DNA from: Salinivirgaceae bacterium
Lineage (GTDB): Bacteria > Bacteroidota > Bacteroidia > Bacteroidales > SZUA-534
Assembly (NCBI GenBank): GCA_050251815.1
Contig: JBFWMB010000012.1
Location: 6,234-70,233 of the forward strand
Length of the DNA stretch: 64,000 nucleotides
Direction: 5' to 3'
The translations under genes and the position numbers were made by a program. Positions 1 through 10,347 of the stretch are shown one piece after another. Position 1 is the first letter of the stretch, and each line of letters begins with the position of its first letter. Under the pieces are notes generated by a model that saw only the letters and a list, made by a program, of their open reading frames with translations, searched no databases and was not told the DNA's origin.

Positions 1-245
1 CCCCTAAAAACGACGAACGCATTGGCGATGTTTCAAATGTTGTTTTCTCGAACGGTTGGATTTGCGACGATGATGGAACGGTTTATATCTATTATGCATC
101 GTCCGACACCCGATTGCATGTTGCCACATCGTCAATTGAACAACTTGTGGATTACTGTATGAACACCCCGGCCGATCAGTTAAGGAGTGCTGCGTCGGTA
201 AATACAATTATTGAGCTGATAAATAAAAACTTAAACAACAATTAA
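1..245 (+). CDS. 3' end of a GH130-family beta-mannoside phosphorylase gene (truncated by the window edge)
   Basis: Not in the ORF track because no start lies in the window. Reading from nt 3 gives [80 protein letters not shown], with TAA at 243-245. The GDVxNVVFxNGW...[15 protein letters not shown] block matches the conserved C-terminal blade of GH130 mannoside phosphorylases as I remember it. The mannan PUL context and the 2-epimerase downstream agree. The listed minus ORF 4..207 is a shadow of this frame. Confidence 0.7.
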   Translation, partial: PKNDERIGDVSNVVFSNGWICDDDGTVYIYYASSDTRLHVATSSIEQLVDYCMNTPADQLRSAASVNTIIELINKNLNNN

Positions 246-255
246 TAACTGTTAT

Positions 256-3200
256 ATGAAAAAATCTACACCTATAAAATTTGTGCAGATGCTCATCATA
301 CTCATGTTTCCTTTGGGAATTCTGGCACAAAATGCCAGTATCTCTGGTAAAATTACCGATTCAAAAGGGGAACCCCTGATTGGGGTGAACATTGTAATTA
401 AAGGCACAACTCAGGGAACCGTTTCCGACCTGGATGGAAACTATTCAATTATCAATTTACCCAATGAAAAGTTGGAATTATTAGCCAGCTTTATTGGTTT
501 TAATAACGAAACCAGGTTGGTCGATTTAACCAATAGCAAAACCATGGTAATAAACTTTACCATGAATGAAGATATTGCTGAACTGTCTGAAGTTGTTGTA
601 ATTGGTTATGGAACACAAAAAAAATCTGATTTGACCAGTTCAGTTGCCTCTGTATCTGCTTCTGATTTGGAACAAGCCCGGGCTGCAAATATTTCAGAAG
701 CACTGCAGGGGCGTGCAGCTGGAGTTCATGTTTCCCAAAATACCGGGGCTCCGGGTTCAAACGTTAGCATTAAGATAAGAGGTGTCACGTCAATAAACGG
801 TACTGATCCCCTTTGGGTGGTCGATGGAGTGGTTACTGATCCCAATACGGTAAACGCTTCGGATATTGAATCGATGGAAATTTTAAAAGATGCTTCATCG
901 GCAGCTATATATGGGTCTAATGCTGCAGGTGGTGTTGTTTTGGTTACGACAAAAAAAGGAAAAGCCGGCGATACTAAAGTAACCTTTAATTCCTATTTAG
1001 GTTGGCAAAAAATTACCAAAACCATTGATGTGGCCAATGGTGTCGATTTTGCCAATATGTATCACGAATACCAGGTGTTAGCCAATACACCGGCCCGAAG
1101 GTATTTAACCCTGGAACCAGACACGTTTCAGACATATAATTATCAGGACATGGTTTTTAGAGAAGCCCTGATGCAAAATTATGATATAGGGGTTTCGGGC
1201 GGTAACGAAAAGTCGACATTCTATATGGGTATTGGTTACCTTAATCAGGAAGGAATTTTGAAGAGCACCGATTACAACAAAATTACAGTTCGTATGAACG
1301 GTGAACACAAAGCCAACAATTGGTTAACAGTGGGCTTGAATTCTTCTTATTCGAGACAGGAAACCGGTGGTTTTGAAGAATGGGAATTAAAAAACGAATA
1401 TGCCAACCCAATTTTACAGGCTTTAACCTATCACTCGTTTGTGGCCCCTTACGGAACAAAAGAAACGGATTCAGAATACGATAAGGGATGGTCGTACACA
1501 CCATTGGGGAATACGCAAAACCCATTGTCAACCATCAGTATGAAACATCATAAATCAACCACACAAAACTTGTCGGGAACTTTCTTTGCAGCAATTTCAC
1601 CTTTCGAAGGGCTTAAATTGGAAAGCCGTTTAACAGGTAACGCTGCATTTAATAATAACTACAGTTTTGAGCCTGTCTTTTATATTTCAGGGTCGTTGCA
1701 AAACACTAACAGTTCCATTAATAAAGGAGTTGGCTTTTATCAGGGATGGAACTGGCAAAATCTTATCACCTTTAATAAAACCCTTTTCGATGTTCACAAT
1801 ATAAGTCTGATGGCTGGTTATGAATCGGGATACGGGAAAAGTGAAACCATGTCGGCTACCCGCTACGATTTAATTAATCAGACTCCTGAAATGTGGTATT
1901 TTGATGCCAGCACCAATAATGAGTTTCTTTCTCAATTACCTTTTGGATCGGCCCAGGAACAATCGGGGTATTCTTACCTGGGTCGGATTAACTACGATTA
2001 TAAAGGGATGTTACTGGGACAGTTTAATTTCCGAAAGGATTATTCTTCTTTGTTTGGACCCAATAACAGAGATGGTAATTTCCCCTCATTTTCTGCAGGA
2101 TTCAAGTTTACCGAACTCGACAGGGTTAAAAATTACTTGCCCTTTTTGAGTTTTGGAAAAATTCGTTACGGATGGGGTAAAGCAGGTAATAATTCCATCA
2201 CTCCTTATCAGTATTATTCAACGGTGGCTTTTGAAAATGTTTATGGGTATTCCTTTGATAATACCGAAGTTTCAAGTACCGGGGCAGCACCCAATTTGTT
2301 TGTAAATCGCGCGGTTCACTGGGAAGATGTAATAACCAGCAATGTTGGACTTGATTTAAGTTTCTTAAATAACCGATTATCGACTACTGTAGATTATTTT
2401 GAGCGGCATAATGTAGGCATGCTTATGATTGTAGAATCGGCATGGCTAGCTGGTTGGATAGTAGAGAATTCATATCAGGAAGGAGGCGTTTCCGATCCAT
2501 TTAAAAATGTTGGGGAATTTAACAACAAAGGCCTGGAGTTTACAGCTAACTGGAAGGAACAGCGTGGCCCGTTAAATTATGGAGCCAACGTGAATATGTC
2601 GTTTATAAAAACTACAGTGGGCGATATTAACCCTGATACGCTTTATAGAAATAATACCAAAGGAATAAGCGATTACTTAACCCGTACCATTCAAGGACAG
2701 GAGTTTTTACCTTTTTATGGTTTTGTTACCGATGGAATTTTTACTTCAGCCGATTTACCCAACGCTAGTGGCGTGGTAACCAACCAGCCTTATACCATTA
2801 ACCCCGATGGCGACACCTTATATGCACAACCCAAAGCACGTCCCGGCGATTTTAGGTATAAGGATGTGAATAACGATGGCAAAATTGATGATAACGATAT
2901 GGTAGCTTTAGGAAGCCCCCATCCAAAATTTACTTATGCATTTAACATCTTTGCCGAATACAAATTACCAGGAAGCTGGGGTGAAGTGGATATAAAAGCT
3001 TTTTTTCAGGGAGCGTATGGTAATAAGGTTTTTAATGCAACTAAATTTTATCTGTTTAATACCGATGGGGCGTTTAACTGGAGCGAAGATTATGCAAAAA
3101 ACCATTATACCGTGGAACTCTATGATCGTAACGATATTCTAGTCACTTCTTTAAATGAAAAGGCAAAATACCCAAGAATCGATCCCCTGGGAGCCAATGA

Positions 3201-3498
3201 AAACTTTACCCAGCTATCTGACTTTTATATTGAAGATGCTTCCTATTTACGTTTAAAGAACCTCGAAATTGGATACACTTTTGCCAGTTCCATAACCCAG
3301 ACGGTAGGAATTGAAAAAGTGCGTCTTTACCTGGGAGCTAAAAATCTCTTTACCTGGACCAAGTATTCCGGACAAGATCCGGAAGTCGGAACTACCCGTA
3401 ACGAAAGCGGCAAATCCGATCCTTTATCTGAAGGGATCGATAAAGCAGCATATCCAGTGGCACGAATGTACACTATTGGTATTAATGTAACATTTTAA
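256..3498 (+). CDS. susC: SusC/RagA-family TonB-dependent outer-membrane glycan transporter
   Basis: 1080 aa. Has a signal peptide, an N-terminal carboxypeptidase-regulatory-like domain (SGKITDSKGEPLIGVNIVIKGTTQGTVSDLDGNYSI), a plug region (VVIGYGTQKK) and a C-terminal beta-barrel ending in an aromatic residue. A SusD gene follows immediately. Confidence 0.95.
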   Translation: MKKSTPIKFVQMLIILMFPLGILAQNASISGKITDSKGEPLIGVNIVIKGTTQGTVSDLDGNYSIINLPNEKLELLASFIGFNNETRLVDLTNSKTMVINFTMNEDIAELSEVVVIGYGTQKKSDLTSSVASVSASDLEQARAANISEALQGRAAGVHVSQNTGAPGSNVSIKIRGVTSINGTDPLWVVDGVVTDPNTVNASDIESMEILKDASSAAIYGSNAAGGVVLVTTKKGKAGDTKVTFNSYLGWQKITKTIDVANGVDFANMYHEYQVLANTPARRYLTLEPDTFQTYNYQDMVFREALMQNYDIGVSGGNEKSTFYMGIGYLNQEGILKSTDYNKITVRMNGEHKANNWLTVGLNSSYSRQETGGFEEWELKNEYANPILQALTYHSFVAPYGTKETDSEYDKGWSYTPLGNTQNPLSTISMKHHKSTTQNLSGTFFAAISPFEGLKLESRLTGNAAFNNNYSFEPVFYISGSLQNTNSSINKGVGFYQGWNWQNLITFNKTLFDVHNISLMAGYESGYGKSETMSATRYDLINQTPEMWYFDASTNNEFLSQLPFGSAQEQSGYSYLGRINYDYKGMLLGQFNFRKDYSSLFGPNNRDGNFPSFSAGFKFTELDRVKNYLPFLSFGKIRYGWGKAGNNSITPYQYYSTVAFENVYGYSFDNTEVSSTGAAPNLFVNRAVHWEDVITSNVGLDLSFLNNRLSTTVDYFERHNVGMLMIVESAWLAGWIVENSYQEGGVSDPFKNVGEFNNKGLEFTANWKEQRGPLNYGANVNMSFIKTTVGDINPDTLYRNNTKGISDYLTRTIQGQEFLPFYGFVTDGIFTSADLPNASGVVTNQPYTINPDGDTLYAQPKARPGDFRYKDVNNDGKIDDNDMVALGSPHPKFTYAFNIFAEYKLPGSWGEVDIKAFFQGAYGNKVFNATKFYLFNTDGAFNWSEDYAKNHYTVELYDRNDILVTSLNEKAKYPRIDPLGANENFTQLSDFYIEDASYLRLKNLEIGYTFASSITQTVGIEKVRLYLGAKNLFTWTKYSGQDPEVGTTRNESGKSDPLSEGIDKAAYPVARMYTIGINVTF

Positions 3499-3518
3499 TC
3501 GAATAAAATTAAAGTCCT

Positions 3519-5267
3519 ATGTTTAGTAATACAAAATATATACTGGTAATAGCCTTAACGGTATTTTTGGTAGCATGCAGCGACGATTTTTTAGAGAATA
3601 GTCCTATAGCTTTAGATACCACAGAATCGTTTTACACCAGTTTCGAAAGCCTCGATTATACCGCAACTTCGGCCTATGGTATGTTGGCATCCATGTCGGT
3701 TTTTGATATTATGTACTCCATTGGTTATCAAAGCGCATCAGACGATGTGGAAGTGGGCGGTGAGAACATTAACGACTGGCCTGAGTTTCAGCGCATCGAC
3801 CGATTAACACATACACCCAGCGAGGCTAATATTCACATCATGTGGGGTTATCCTTACAAAGGTATTCGCATGGCAAACGAGTATTTAACCCGCTTTGAGG
3901 CAGTTAAAGAAATTGAAGTTCAAAAAGCTAAATCGGAAGAAGACGCATTGGCCAGACTTGAACTTATGGATTTACGCGCAGCCGAAATGCATTTCATGCG
4001 GGCGTTTTATCATTTCACCCTGTTACAAATATATGGTGGAGTTCCCATCATCGATTTTATTGTTGACCCGGAACAATTTAATGTGCCTCGGAATTCGATT
4101 GCTGAGGTTTTGCATTTTGTTCAGGATGAATTGTTATTAGCCATTCCACTATTAAAACTGAAGAGTGAACAGGGTGCCGATGTGGGGCGGGTTACCAAAG
4201 GCGCTGCCCAGGCGCTTTTAGCCAAAGCTTATTTGTATGAGTCGTCGTATGCCGAGAATTACTCAGGAGACGAAAGGTTTGAAGGCTGTGAACAGCATTA
4301 CGATTTGGCTTTAAAATATGCTGAAGACGTAATGATTTCAGGTGAATATGGATTGGTTGGAATAGGCGGGGAACGCTTTGATTCTTGGAGAGCACCACTT
4401 GGCGGCCAAATTGGCGGTTACCGATGGATTTTTACGCTTGACGGCGACAATAGTGATGAGTCGGTTTGGGAAATACAAAATGTTCAGGACCGGGCAGGTT
4501 GGTGTTATACCCGCGGTAGTTATATTACCATTTATACCACAGTGCGTAAGTTATTCATTAACGATTCTACCCTAAGCACTGATTATGGTTGGAGCTTTAA
4601 TTTGCCATCAAAATATTTAATCGATGCTTTTGGAAATAACGATATCCGTGAAACAGGATTGAATTCCATGGTCGTTGATCCTACTTTGGATCCTCGTTTT
4701 TCAACTACCATTGGACGCGAAGGTGACACCCTGTTGGCAAATATGAATGGTTCAAAAAAGTGGTACAAAATGGCCTTTAGCAATTTACCTACAGGAACCA
4801 TAAGTCGTAAGTACGAATGTTCTCCCGATGAATTTACTTTTGGAGCAAACGACACCTATGGCGAAGGCCCTATGAACATTCGCTTAATTCGTTATGCCGA
4901 TGTAGTATTAATGGCAGCTGAAGCCGCTTATAAATCGGGCGATGCACCCAAAGCCCTGGGTTATGTTAATCAGGTAAGAACGCGTGCCCGTTTATCCGGT
5001 GAAACCGGATATCCTGTGGACTTACCAGCCATTACTTTTGAAGACATCGTTCACGAAAGGCGTTTGGAATTGGCTATGGAGCCGCATCGACTGTTCGATT
5101 TGGTACGATGGAATCTGGCAGAAAAGTATATGAACGGTATAACCCTTGCTTCAATGGGTGAGGGTTTGGTTGTAAATTATGAAAAAGGAAAACACGAGTT
5201 TTTTCCTATACCGGCGCGTGAAATGCAAAAGGCAACGGGTTTGTTACAATACGATGGTTGGAAGTAA
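3519..5267 (+). CDS. susD: SusD/RagB-family nutrient-binding outer-membrane lipoprotein
   Basis: 582 aa. Lipoprotein signal (LVACSDDF), TPR-like SusD architecture and typical C-terminal motifs (IVHERRLELAMEPHRLFDLVRW). It sits 20 nt after susC. Confidence 0.95.
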   Translation: MFSNTKYILVIALTVFLVACSDDFLENSPIALDTTESFYTSFESLDYTATSAYGMLASMSVFDIMYSIGYQSASDDVEVGGENINDWPEFQRIDRLTHTPSEANIHIMWGYPYKGIRMANEYLTRFEAVKEIEVQKAKSEEDALARLELMDLRAAEMHFMRAFYHFTLLQIYGGVPIIDFIVDPEQFNVPRNSIAEVLHFVQDELLLAIPLLKLKSEQGADVGRVTKGAAQALLAKAYLYESSYAENYSGDERFEGCEQHYDLALKYAEDVMISGEYGLVGIGGERFDSWRAPLGGQIGGYRWIFTLDGDNSDESVWEIQNVQDRAGWCYTRGSYITIYTTVRKLFINDSTLSTDYGWSFNLPSKYLIDAFGNNDIRETGLNSMVVDPTLDPRFSTTIGREGDTLLANMNGSKKWYKMAFSNLPTGTISRKYECSPDEFTFGANDTYGEGPMNIRLIRYADVVLMAAEAAYKSGDAPKALGYVNQVRTRARLSGETGYPVDLPAITFEDIVHERRLELAMEPHRLFDLVRWNLAEKYMNGITLASMGEGLVVNYEKGKHEFFPIPAREMQKATGLLQYDGWK

Positions 5268-5333
5268 TACTGGAATTGGAATCCGATTCCTAAAAAACAA
5301 TAATCAATCAATTATTAACTAAATTTTTTAATT

Positions 5334-7715
5334 ATGAGAAAACTAATCTTTACTCTTTTGATGAGTTTACTTGTGTTTGGGTATTCTCAGGCACAGGTAA
5401 TTTTCGATCCCGCAACATACACGGGAGATTTACCAACCGGAGCCTCCATCGTGACCATTGATGGGGTTAAATACATGAAATGTCCACTTAATGGATGGGA
5501 AACTACTTTTGCTGTTCCCGAAGTTAAGTTGGCTGCCAACATTACCAAGTTTAAAGCAACAGCAATGTTTAAAGAAGGAACATCAGGATTTACTTTAAGC
5601 CAGGTATTAAGTTTTATAAAACTGGTCGATAACAGTTCATCAGGCTGGGCCGAAGCTGCTCTAATAAAAGAAGCCAGTACAGCCGAAGTTTCAAATTATT
5701 CCAGTGATATTTTAATACCTGAAGCTACCATTACGAACATTCAGTTAGCGGGTCAGGAAACTTCAGGATGGTCAGCTGTAGTAGGTGACACTCTTTTTGT
5801 TGGCACCATCATTGCTTACGATCCACATCTTATTTTTGACCCCAATATGTATGCTGAAGGTCAGTTCCAGGGAAGCGATGCCATGAATATTGTTACCATT
5901 GAAGGAGAGAAATACCTTAAAGTGGAATTGGCTGGTTGGGAATCTGTATTTCAGGTTTCTTCAACAATTCTGGAAGACGATTACAATATGTTTAGTGCCG
6001 TGACAAAATATGAAGTGGGAACTTCAGGTTTTGCTCTTGATAACATCAACACTTTTGTTCAACTGGCACATGGTGATCCCTGGGCAACTTTTGGAAAGAT
6101 TGAAGCGACAAGTAGTGCAACATTTACTGAGTTTTCAGCCGATATTACAACTCCGGGTGGCGATGTAACAGCTATTCAGGTTGCTGGTCAGGAGAAAACA
6201 GGCTGGACTGCTGTATCGGGTGACTTTATGTATTTAGGTAAAATTACTGCCTATAAATACGACAACACCGTGCTGTTCGATCCGGCAACCTTTGGTGGAG
6301 AATTAGGTAGCGGAATGGAAATTGTTGATTTGGATGGTACCAAGTATCTGAAAGTAACCAGCGAAGCCAGTTGGACGCATACTTTAGCTATCGACGATTA
6401 CAATACCGATATTTACAACACGGTTACTACAACCATGAAATGGGCTGCCGGAACCAGTGGTCTAACAGCCGATCATGCACAAACAGTTGTTAATATTCAG
6501 ACTGCAGGTGTTACCGGAAACGTTGCTTCTTTAGCGATGTATCCTTCAGAAACCGAACTTGCGGAAGTTGACGGTATGATTACTCCGGGAACAACAATTA
6601 ATACCTTGCAGTTTTTTGTACAGCAGGATGAGGGCTCGTGGCCAACAGTAGCCGGAGCTGAAATCTACCTGGGTAAAATTGTTGCTTCTTTTGTTCAATT
6701 GGAACCCGTTACACCTCCCAATACAACAGATATTAATTTTACTGAACTAACTGTTGAGGTTAATGGCTTGTACGATGATGCTTTTGACGCTTCAACCGAG
6801 AATGTGATTAATCGGATAGCCCTGGGTGCTGTTAATGGTATTGATGCTGCTGAAAATGCAGAAGTTGATGAAAACGCTGATAGTTATGCCTATTGGTATG
6901 GTGTATTCGATTTGGATAACTTCTATTTGTACATCGACGTTACCGACAACGATCCAGTTGATTTGGGTACAAGTGAATCTCCCTGGAATAACGATGGTAT
7001 CGAAGTGTTTGTAGATATTCAAGATCGTCGCTATGTGGGTTGGGATCGTATTGACGGACAACAACATCAATTCCGCTTTAACGTGGGTACTGAAGGACCG
7101 GCACATGGTTCTGACGATGATGCTGGAATTACAAGCCTTGGAATGCCTGATTTCTTTGGGGTAAACGACACAACAAACATTCAATATGCCATTGTTAAAG
7201 GTTCAAACGGGTATGCTATTGAAATGGCTATTCCATGGGCAACATTCTTTAGAACAAGTGCCCAGGATGATAACAAACAAGCCGTTGCGGATGCAGCTGC
7301 AGGTGTGGTTGATGGCAAGAAAATTGCTTTCGAACTTTCTTTATTGGATGCCAGTGCTGTTGATACTCGTAAGTCAATTATGAACTGGGCTAATAATACC
7401 GGTGAAGATATGGCTTATGAAACTACTGAATTCTGGGGACAGGTTAATCTGAATGGAGGTCCGGAGGGAATCTTAAATAAAATATCCACAAGGGCTCTTT
7501 CTGTATTCCCGAATCCGGCAGATAATTACCTGAATATTGCTATGAATAATCTCGATAAAGTTGAAGTTTATAATATTTTAGGTGCTCAGGTTCTTAATTC
7601 AAAAATGAATTACAGCAATTGGCTCGATGTTTCATCGCTTAAAACAGGAGTTTATATTGTAAAAGCAACCGATGCTAACGGTAAAGTAGCTGTTGCTAAG
7701 TTTAATAAAAAATAA
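5334..7715 (+). CDS. Secreted PUL-encoded putative glycan-binding protein: three ~140-aa tandem repeats, a CBM9-like domain and a T9SS C-terminal sorting domain
   Basis: 793 aa with an SPI-type signal peptide. Three internal repeats span aa ~22-163, 166-307 and 313-452, each starting (I/L)FDPxxY/F...G.KYLKV...GW. A CBM9/DOMON-like block follows (YWYGVFDLDNFYLYIDVTDNDPV...NDGIEVFVD). The C-terminus is VFPNPADNYLNI...GVYIVKATDANGKVAVAKFNKK, typical of Por/T9SS sorting domains. It occupies the position after susD that surface glycan-binding proteins usually hold. Confidence 0.75.
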   Translation: MRKLIFTLLMSLLVFGYSQAQVIFDPATYTGDLPTGASIVTIDGVKYMKCPLNGWETTFAVPEVKLAANITKFKATAMFKEGTSGFTLSQVLSFIKLVDNSSSGWAEAALIKEASTAEVSNYSSDILIPEATITNIQLAGQETSGWSAVVGDTLFVGTIIAYDPHLIFDPNMYAEGQFQGSDAMNIVTIEGEKYLKVELAGWESVFQVSSTILEDDYNMFSAVTKYEVGTSGFALDNINTFVQLAHGDPWATFGKIEATSSATFTEFSADITTPGGDVTAIQVAGQEKTGWTAVSGDFMYLGKITAYKYDNTVLFDPATFGGELGSGMEIVDLDGTKYLKVTSEASWTHTLAIDDYNTDIYNTVTTTMKWAAGTSGLTADHAQTVVNIQTAGVTGNVASLAMYPSETELAEVDGMITPGTTINTLQFFVQQDEGSWPTVAGAEIYLGKIVASFVQLEPVTPPNTTDINFTELTVEVNGLYDDAFDASTENVINRIALGAVNGIDAAENAEVDENADSYAYWYGVFDLDNFYLYIDVTDNDPVDLGTSESPWNNDGIEVFVDIQDRRYVGWDRIDGQQHQFRFNVGTEGPAHGSDDDAGITSLGMPDFFGVNDTTNIQYAIVKGSNGYAIEMAIPWATFFRTSAQDDNKQAVADAAAGVVDGKKIAFELSLLDASAVDTRKSIMNWANNTGEDMAYETTEFWGQVNLNGGPEGILNKISTRALSVFPNPADNYLNIAMNNLDKVEVYNILGAQVLNSKMNYSNWLDVSSLKTGVYIVKATDANGKVAVAKFNKK

Positions 7716-7800
7716 TCCATCAATTTTATAAATAGTGCAGGAGTTATTCCTGCACTATTTTTTTCTTTTTAGGAGATCTTATTATTTACCTCACTTAAAT

Positions 7801-9111
7801 ATGAACAAACTCCACTCTTTATTCATATACAGCTTGTTCGTTAGCTTGTTATTTTTTCAATGTTCACCTGGTGTGGAAAAACATACCAGTTTTATTAGCG
7901 TTCAAAACGGACAGTTTATAAAAAACAATAAACCCTACCAATTTATTGGAGCTAATTACTGGTATGGAGCCCTTATTGCTTCCGATACAGTTGGAGGCGA
8001 CCGGACAAGGCTAATGCGTGAACTCGACTTTTTAAAGGCCAATGGAATCGATAACCTGCGTATTTTGGTTGGCGCTGAAGGCCCCGACTTTCAGCCTTTT
8101 CGGGTAACTCCGGCTTTGGTTAAAGCGCCCGGTGTTTATAGTACCAAATTGCTCGAAGGCCTCGATTATTTACTTCATCAATTGCAACTCCGTAACATGG
8201 TTGCTGTACTTTATTTTACCAACAACTGGGAATGGTCAGGAGGTATGGCCCAATACCTGAACTGGAACGGATATGGCGATTATGTAAATCCCAACCTGGA
8301 ACAGTATTCCTGGAACGACTTTTATAATTATCAGAAACAGTTTTACAGCTGTCAGCCCTGCATCAATCAGGTTAACCAATATATCGAAACCGTAGTTTCC
8401 CGAACCAATACGGTTACCGGGATAAAATATGCCGACGATCCGACCATTATGGCCTGGGAACTGGCCAATGAACCCCGACCCATGGCAACCGATAACTTCG
8501 AACCCTTTATTCAATGGATTAAAAATACCTCAGCGTTTATTAAGAATCTTGATCCAAACCATTTAGTTACCACTGGAAACGAAGGAGAGAAAGGATGTTC
8601 CGAGTCCATCGAATTATTTGAGGCCATACATGCCTTTTCAAGTATTGATTACATAACCTTTCATATCTGGATAAAAAATTGGGGTTGGTATCAGCATCAG
8701 CAGGCCGACTCAACTTTTCCACAAGCATTACAACTCGTTCAGAAATATTTTGACGATCATGTGGCTATTGCTCAAAGGCTGAACAAACCATTGGTGCTCG
8801 AAGAGTTTGGCATGGCCCGCGATCAGGAAAAGTTCGGACCAGGAACTCCTACTTCTTTACGTGATACTTATTATGATTTCTGCTTTAACCAGATTGCCCA
8901 AAGTGTTTCTAAAAACGGAGTCTTGGTCGGAGCCAACTTCTGGTCGTTTGGAGGTTTTACTCATCCGGTTAACAATCAAACCTACTGGAAACCAGGTGAC
9001 CCTTTTTCAGGCGATCCACCCCAGGAAGAGCAGGGCCTGAATTCTGTTTATCCCGGCGATTCTTCAACCATGCGCATCATTCTTAATTATAACCAGTTAT
9101 TTAAACGATGA
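7801..9111 (+). CDS. GH5-family endo-beta-1,4-mannanase (lipoprotein)
   Basis: The ORF track starts at 7735. The ATG at 7801 gives a clean lipoprotein signal (MNKLHSLFIYSLFVSLLFFQCS). It has FIGANYWYG...NLRILVG and the acid/base WELANEP motif of clan GH-A mannanases. Stop is TGA at 9109-9111. Confidence 0.8.
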   Translation: MNKLHSLFIYSLFVSLLFFQCSPGVEKHTSFISVQNGQFIKNNKPYQFIGANYWYGALIASDTVGGDRTRLMRELDFLKANGIDNLRILVGAEGPDFQPFRVTPALVKAPGVYSTKLLEGLDYLLHQLQLRNMVAVLYFTNNWEWSGGMAQYLNWNGYGDYVNPNLEQYSWNDFYNYQKQFYSCQPCINQVNQYIETVVSRTNTVTGIKYADDPTIMAWELANEPRPMATDNFEPFIQWIKNTSAFIKNLDPNHLVTTGNEGEKGCSESIELFEAIHAFSSIDYITFHIWIKNWGWYQHQQADSTFPQALQLVQKYFDDHVAIAQRLNKPLVLEEFGMARDQEKFGPGTPTSLRDTYYDFCFNQIAQSVSKNGVLVGANFWSFGGFTHPVNNQTYWKPGDPFSGDPPQEEQGLNSVYPGDSSTMRIILNYNQLFKR

Positions 9112-9121
9112 ACCTAAAAAA

Positions 9122-10321
9122 ATGAATCAGGAATTTAACTTATTGCGAAAGGAACTCGACAACGAACTGAATCAAAATATACTGCCTTACTGGATGCAGC
9201 ATTCCCTTGATACCAATTACGGCGGATTTATTGGAGGCATCAATTTTTTTAATAAACCTATACCTAAAGCCACCAAAGGAGCTGTTTTAAATGCCCGAAT
9301 ATTATGGACATTTTCAGCAGCTTTCAGGCTTACAAGCAAACAGACTTATTATGATATCGCCAAACGGGCTTACAATTATTTAATTGCTTATTTTATCGAT
9401 AAACAATTTGGCGGTGTATTCTGGGAACTTTCTTATACCGGCGAACCGGTTAATACGCGCAAACAAATTTATGCCCTTTCGTTTGCTTTGTACGGATTGG
9501 TTGAATACTACCGGGCCAGCGGCGAAGAGCAGGCGTTAAATGAGGCAGTTAAGCTGTTTTCTTTAATTGAAAAGTACAGTTTCGATAAAGAAAAAAACGG
9601 ATATGTTGAGGCTTTTTCCCGTAATTGGCAAGTACTTACCGATATGCGGCTGAGTGAAAAGGATGCCAACGAAAGCAAAACCATGAATACCCACTTGCAT
9701 ATTTTAGAGGCTTATACCCATTTATTCCGGGTTTATAAGAATCAACGTTTAAAGCAAGCATTAAAAAATTTGATTGAACTGTTTTTAGAAAAGTTTATAA
9801 GCAACGAATTTCACCTCAACCTGTTTTTTGACGAAGACTGGAACCCAAAAAGCAATCACATTTCCTATGGTCATGATATTGAATGTGCCTGGCTGCTTTA
9901 CGAGGCTGCTGAAGTTTTACACGACGTAGTACTGATAGAAAAGGTAAAAAAGATTTCAATTGCTATGACAAAAGCAGTTTTACCAGCTGTTGATAATGAT
10001 GGGGGTTTATTTAACGAGTACGAACCCAACCATAATTTAACCGATACCGATAAGCACTGGTGGCCTCAGGCCGAAGCCCTGGTTGGTTTTTTTAACGCCT
10101 ATCAGCTTTCAGGCGAAACAATTTTTGCCAAACAAACTCTTGCATCATGGAATTTTATTAAACACTACATGATTGATAAAAATCATGGAGAATGGTTCTG
10201 GCGGGTTAATAAACAAGGGATACCTTATACAACCAACGAAAAAGCAGGATTCTGGAAGTGTCCCTATCACAATGCTAGAGCTTGTATGGAAATTTTAGCT
10301 CGAAATACTGATAACATATAA
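9122..10321 (+). CDS. N-acylglucosamine 2-epimerase superfamily protein, cellobiose/mannobiose 2-epimerase type
   Basis: 399 aa with no signal peptide. Alpha/alpha-barrel AGE-family signature regions are present (ILPYWM, NTHLHILEAYT, GHDIECAWLL, KHWWPQAEA). It co-occurs with GH130 and GH26, as in the known epimerase/phosphorylase mannan route. Confidence 0.85.
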   Translation: MNQEFNLLRKELDNELNQNILPYWMQHSLDTNYGGFIGGINFFNKPIPKATKGAVLNARILWTFSAAFRLTSKQTYYDIAKRAYNYLIAYFIDKQFGGVFWELSYTGEPVNTRKQIYALSFALYGLVEYYRASGEEQALNEAVKLFSLIEKYSFDKEKNGYVEAFSRNWQVLTDMRLSEKDANESKTMNTHLHILEAYTHLFRVYKNQRLKQALKNLIELFLEKFISNEFHLNLFFDEDWNPKSNHISYGHDIECAWLLYEAAEVLHDVVLIEKVKKISIAMTKAVLPAVDNDGGLFNEYEPNHNLTDTDKHWWPQAEALVGFFNAYQLSGETIFAKQTLASWNFIKHYMIDKNHGEWFWRVNKQGIPYTTNEKAGFWKCPYHNARACMEILARNTDNI

Positions 10322-10347
10322 TACAAATATAAATAAGCTGAATTTTG

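Noticed and set aside
4-207. 67-aa minus-strand ORF at the window start
   Set aside because: The plus strand in the same interval encodes a well-conserved GH130 C-terminus that ends at a proper stop just before susC. The minus ORF has no recognisable features and is a shadow frame.
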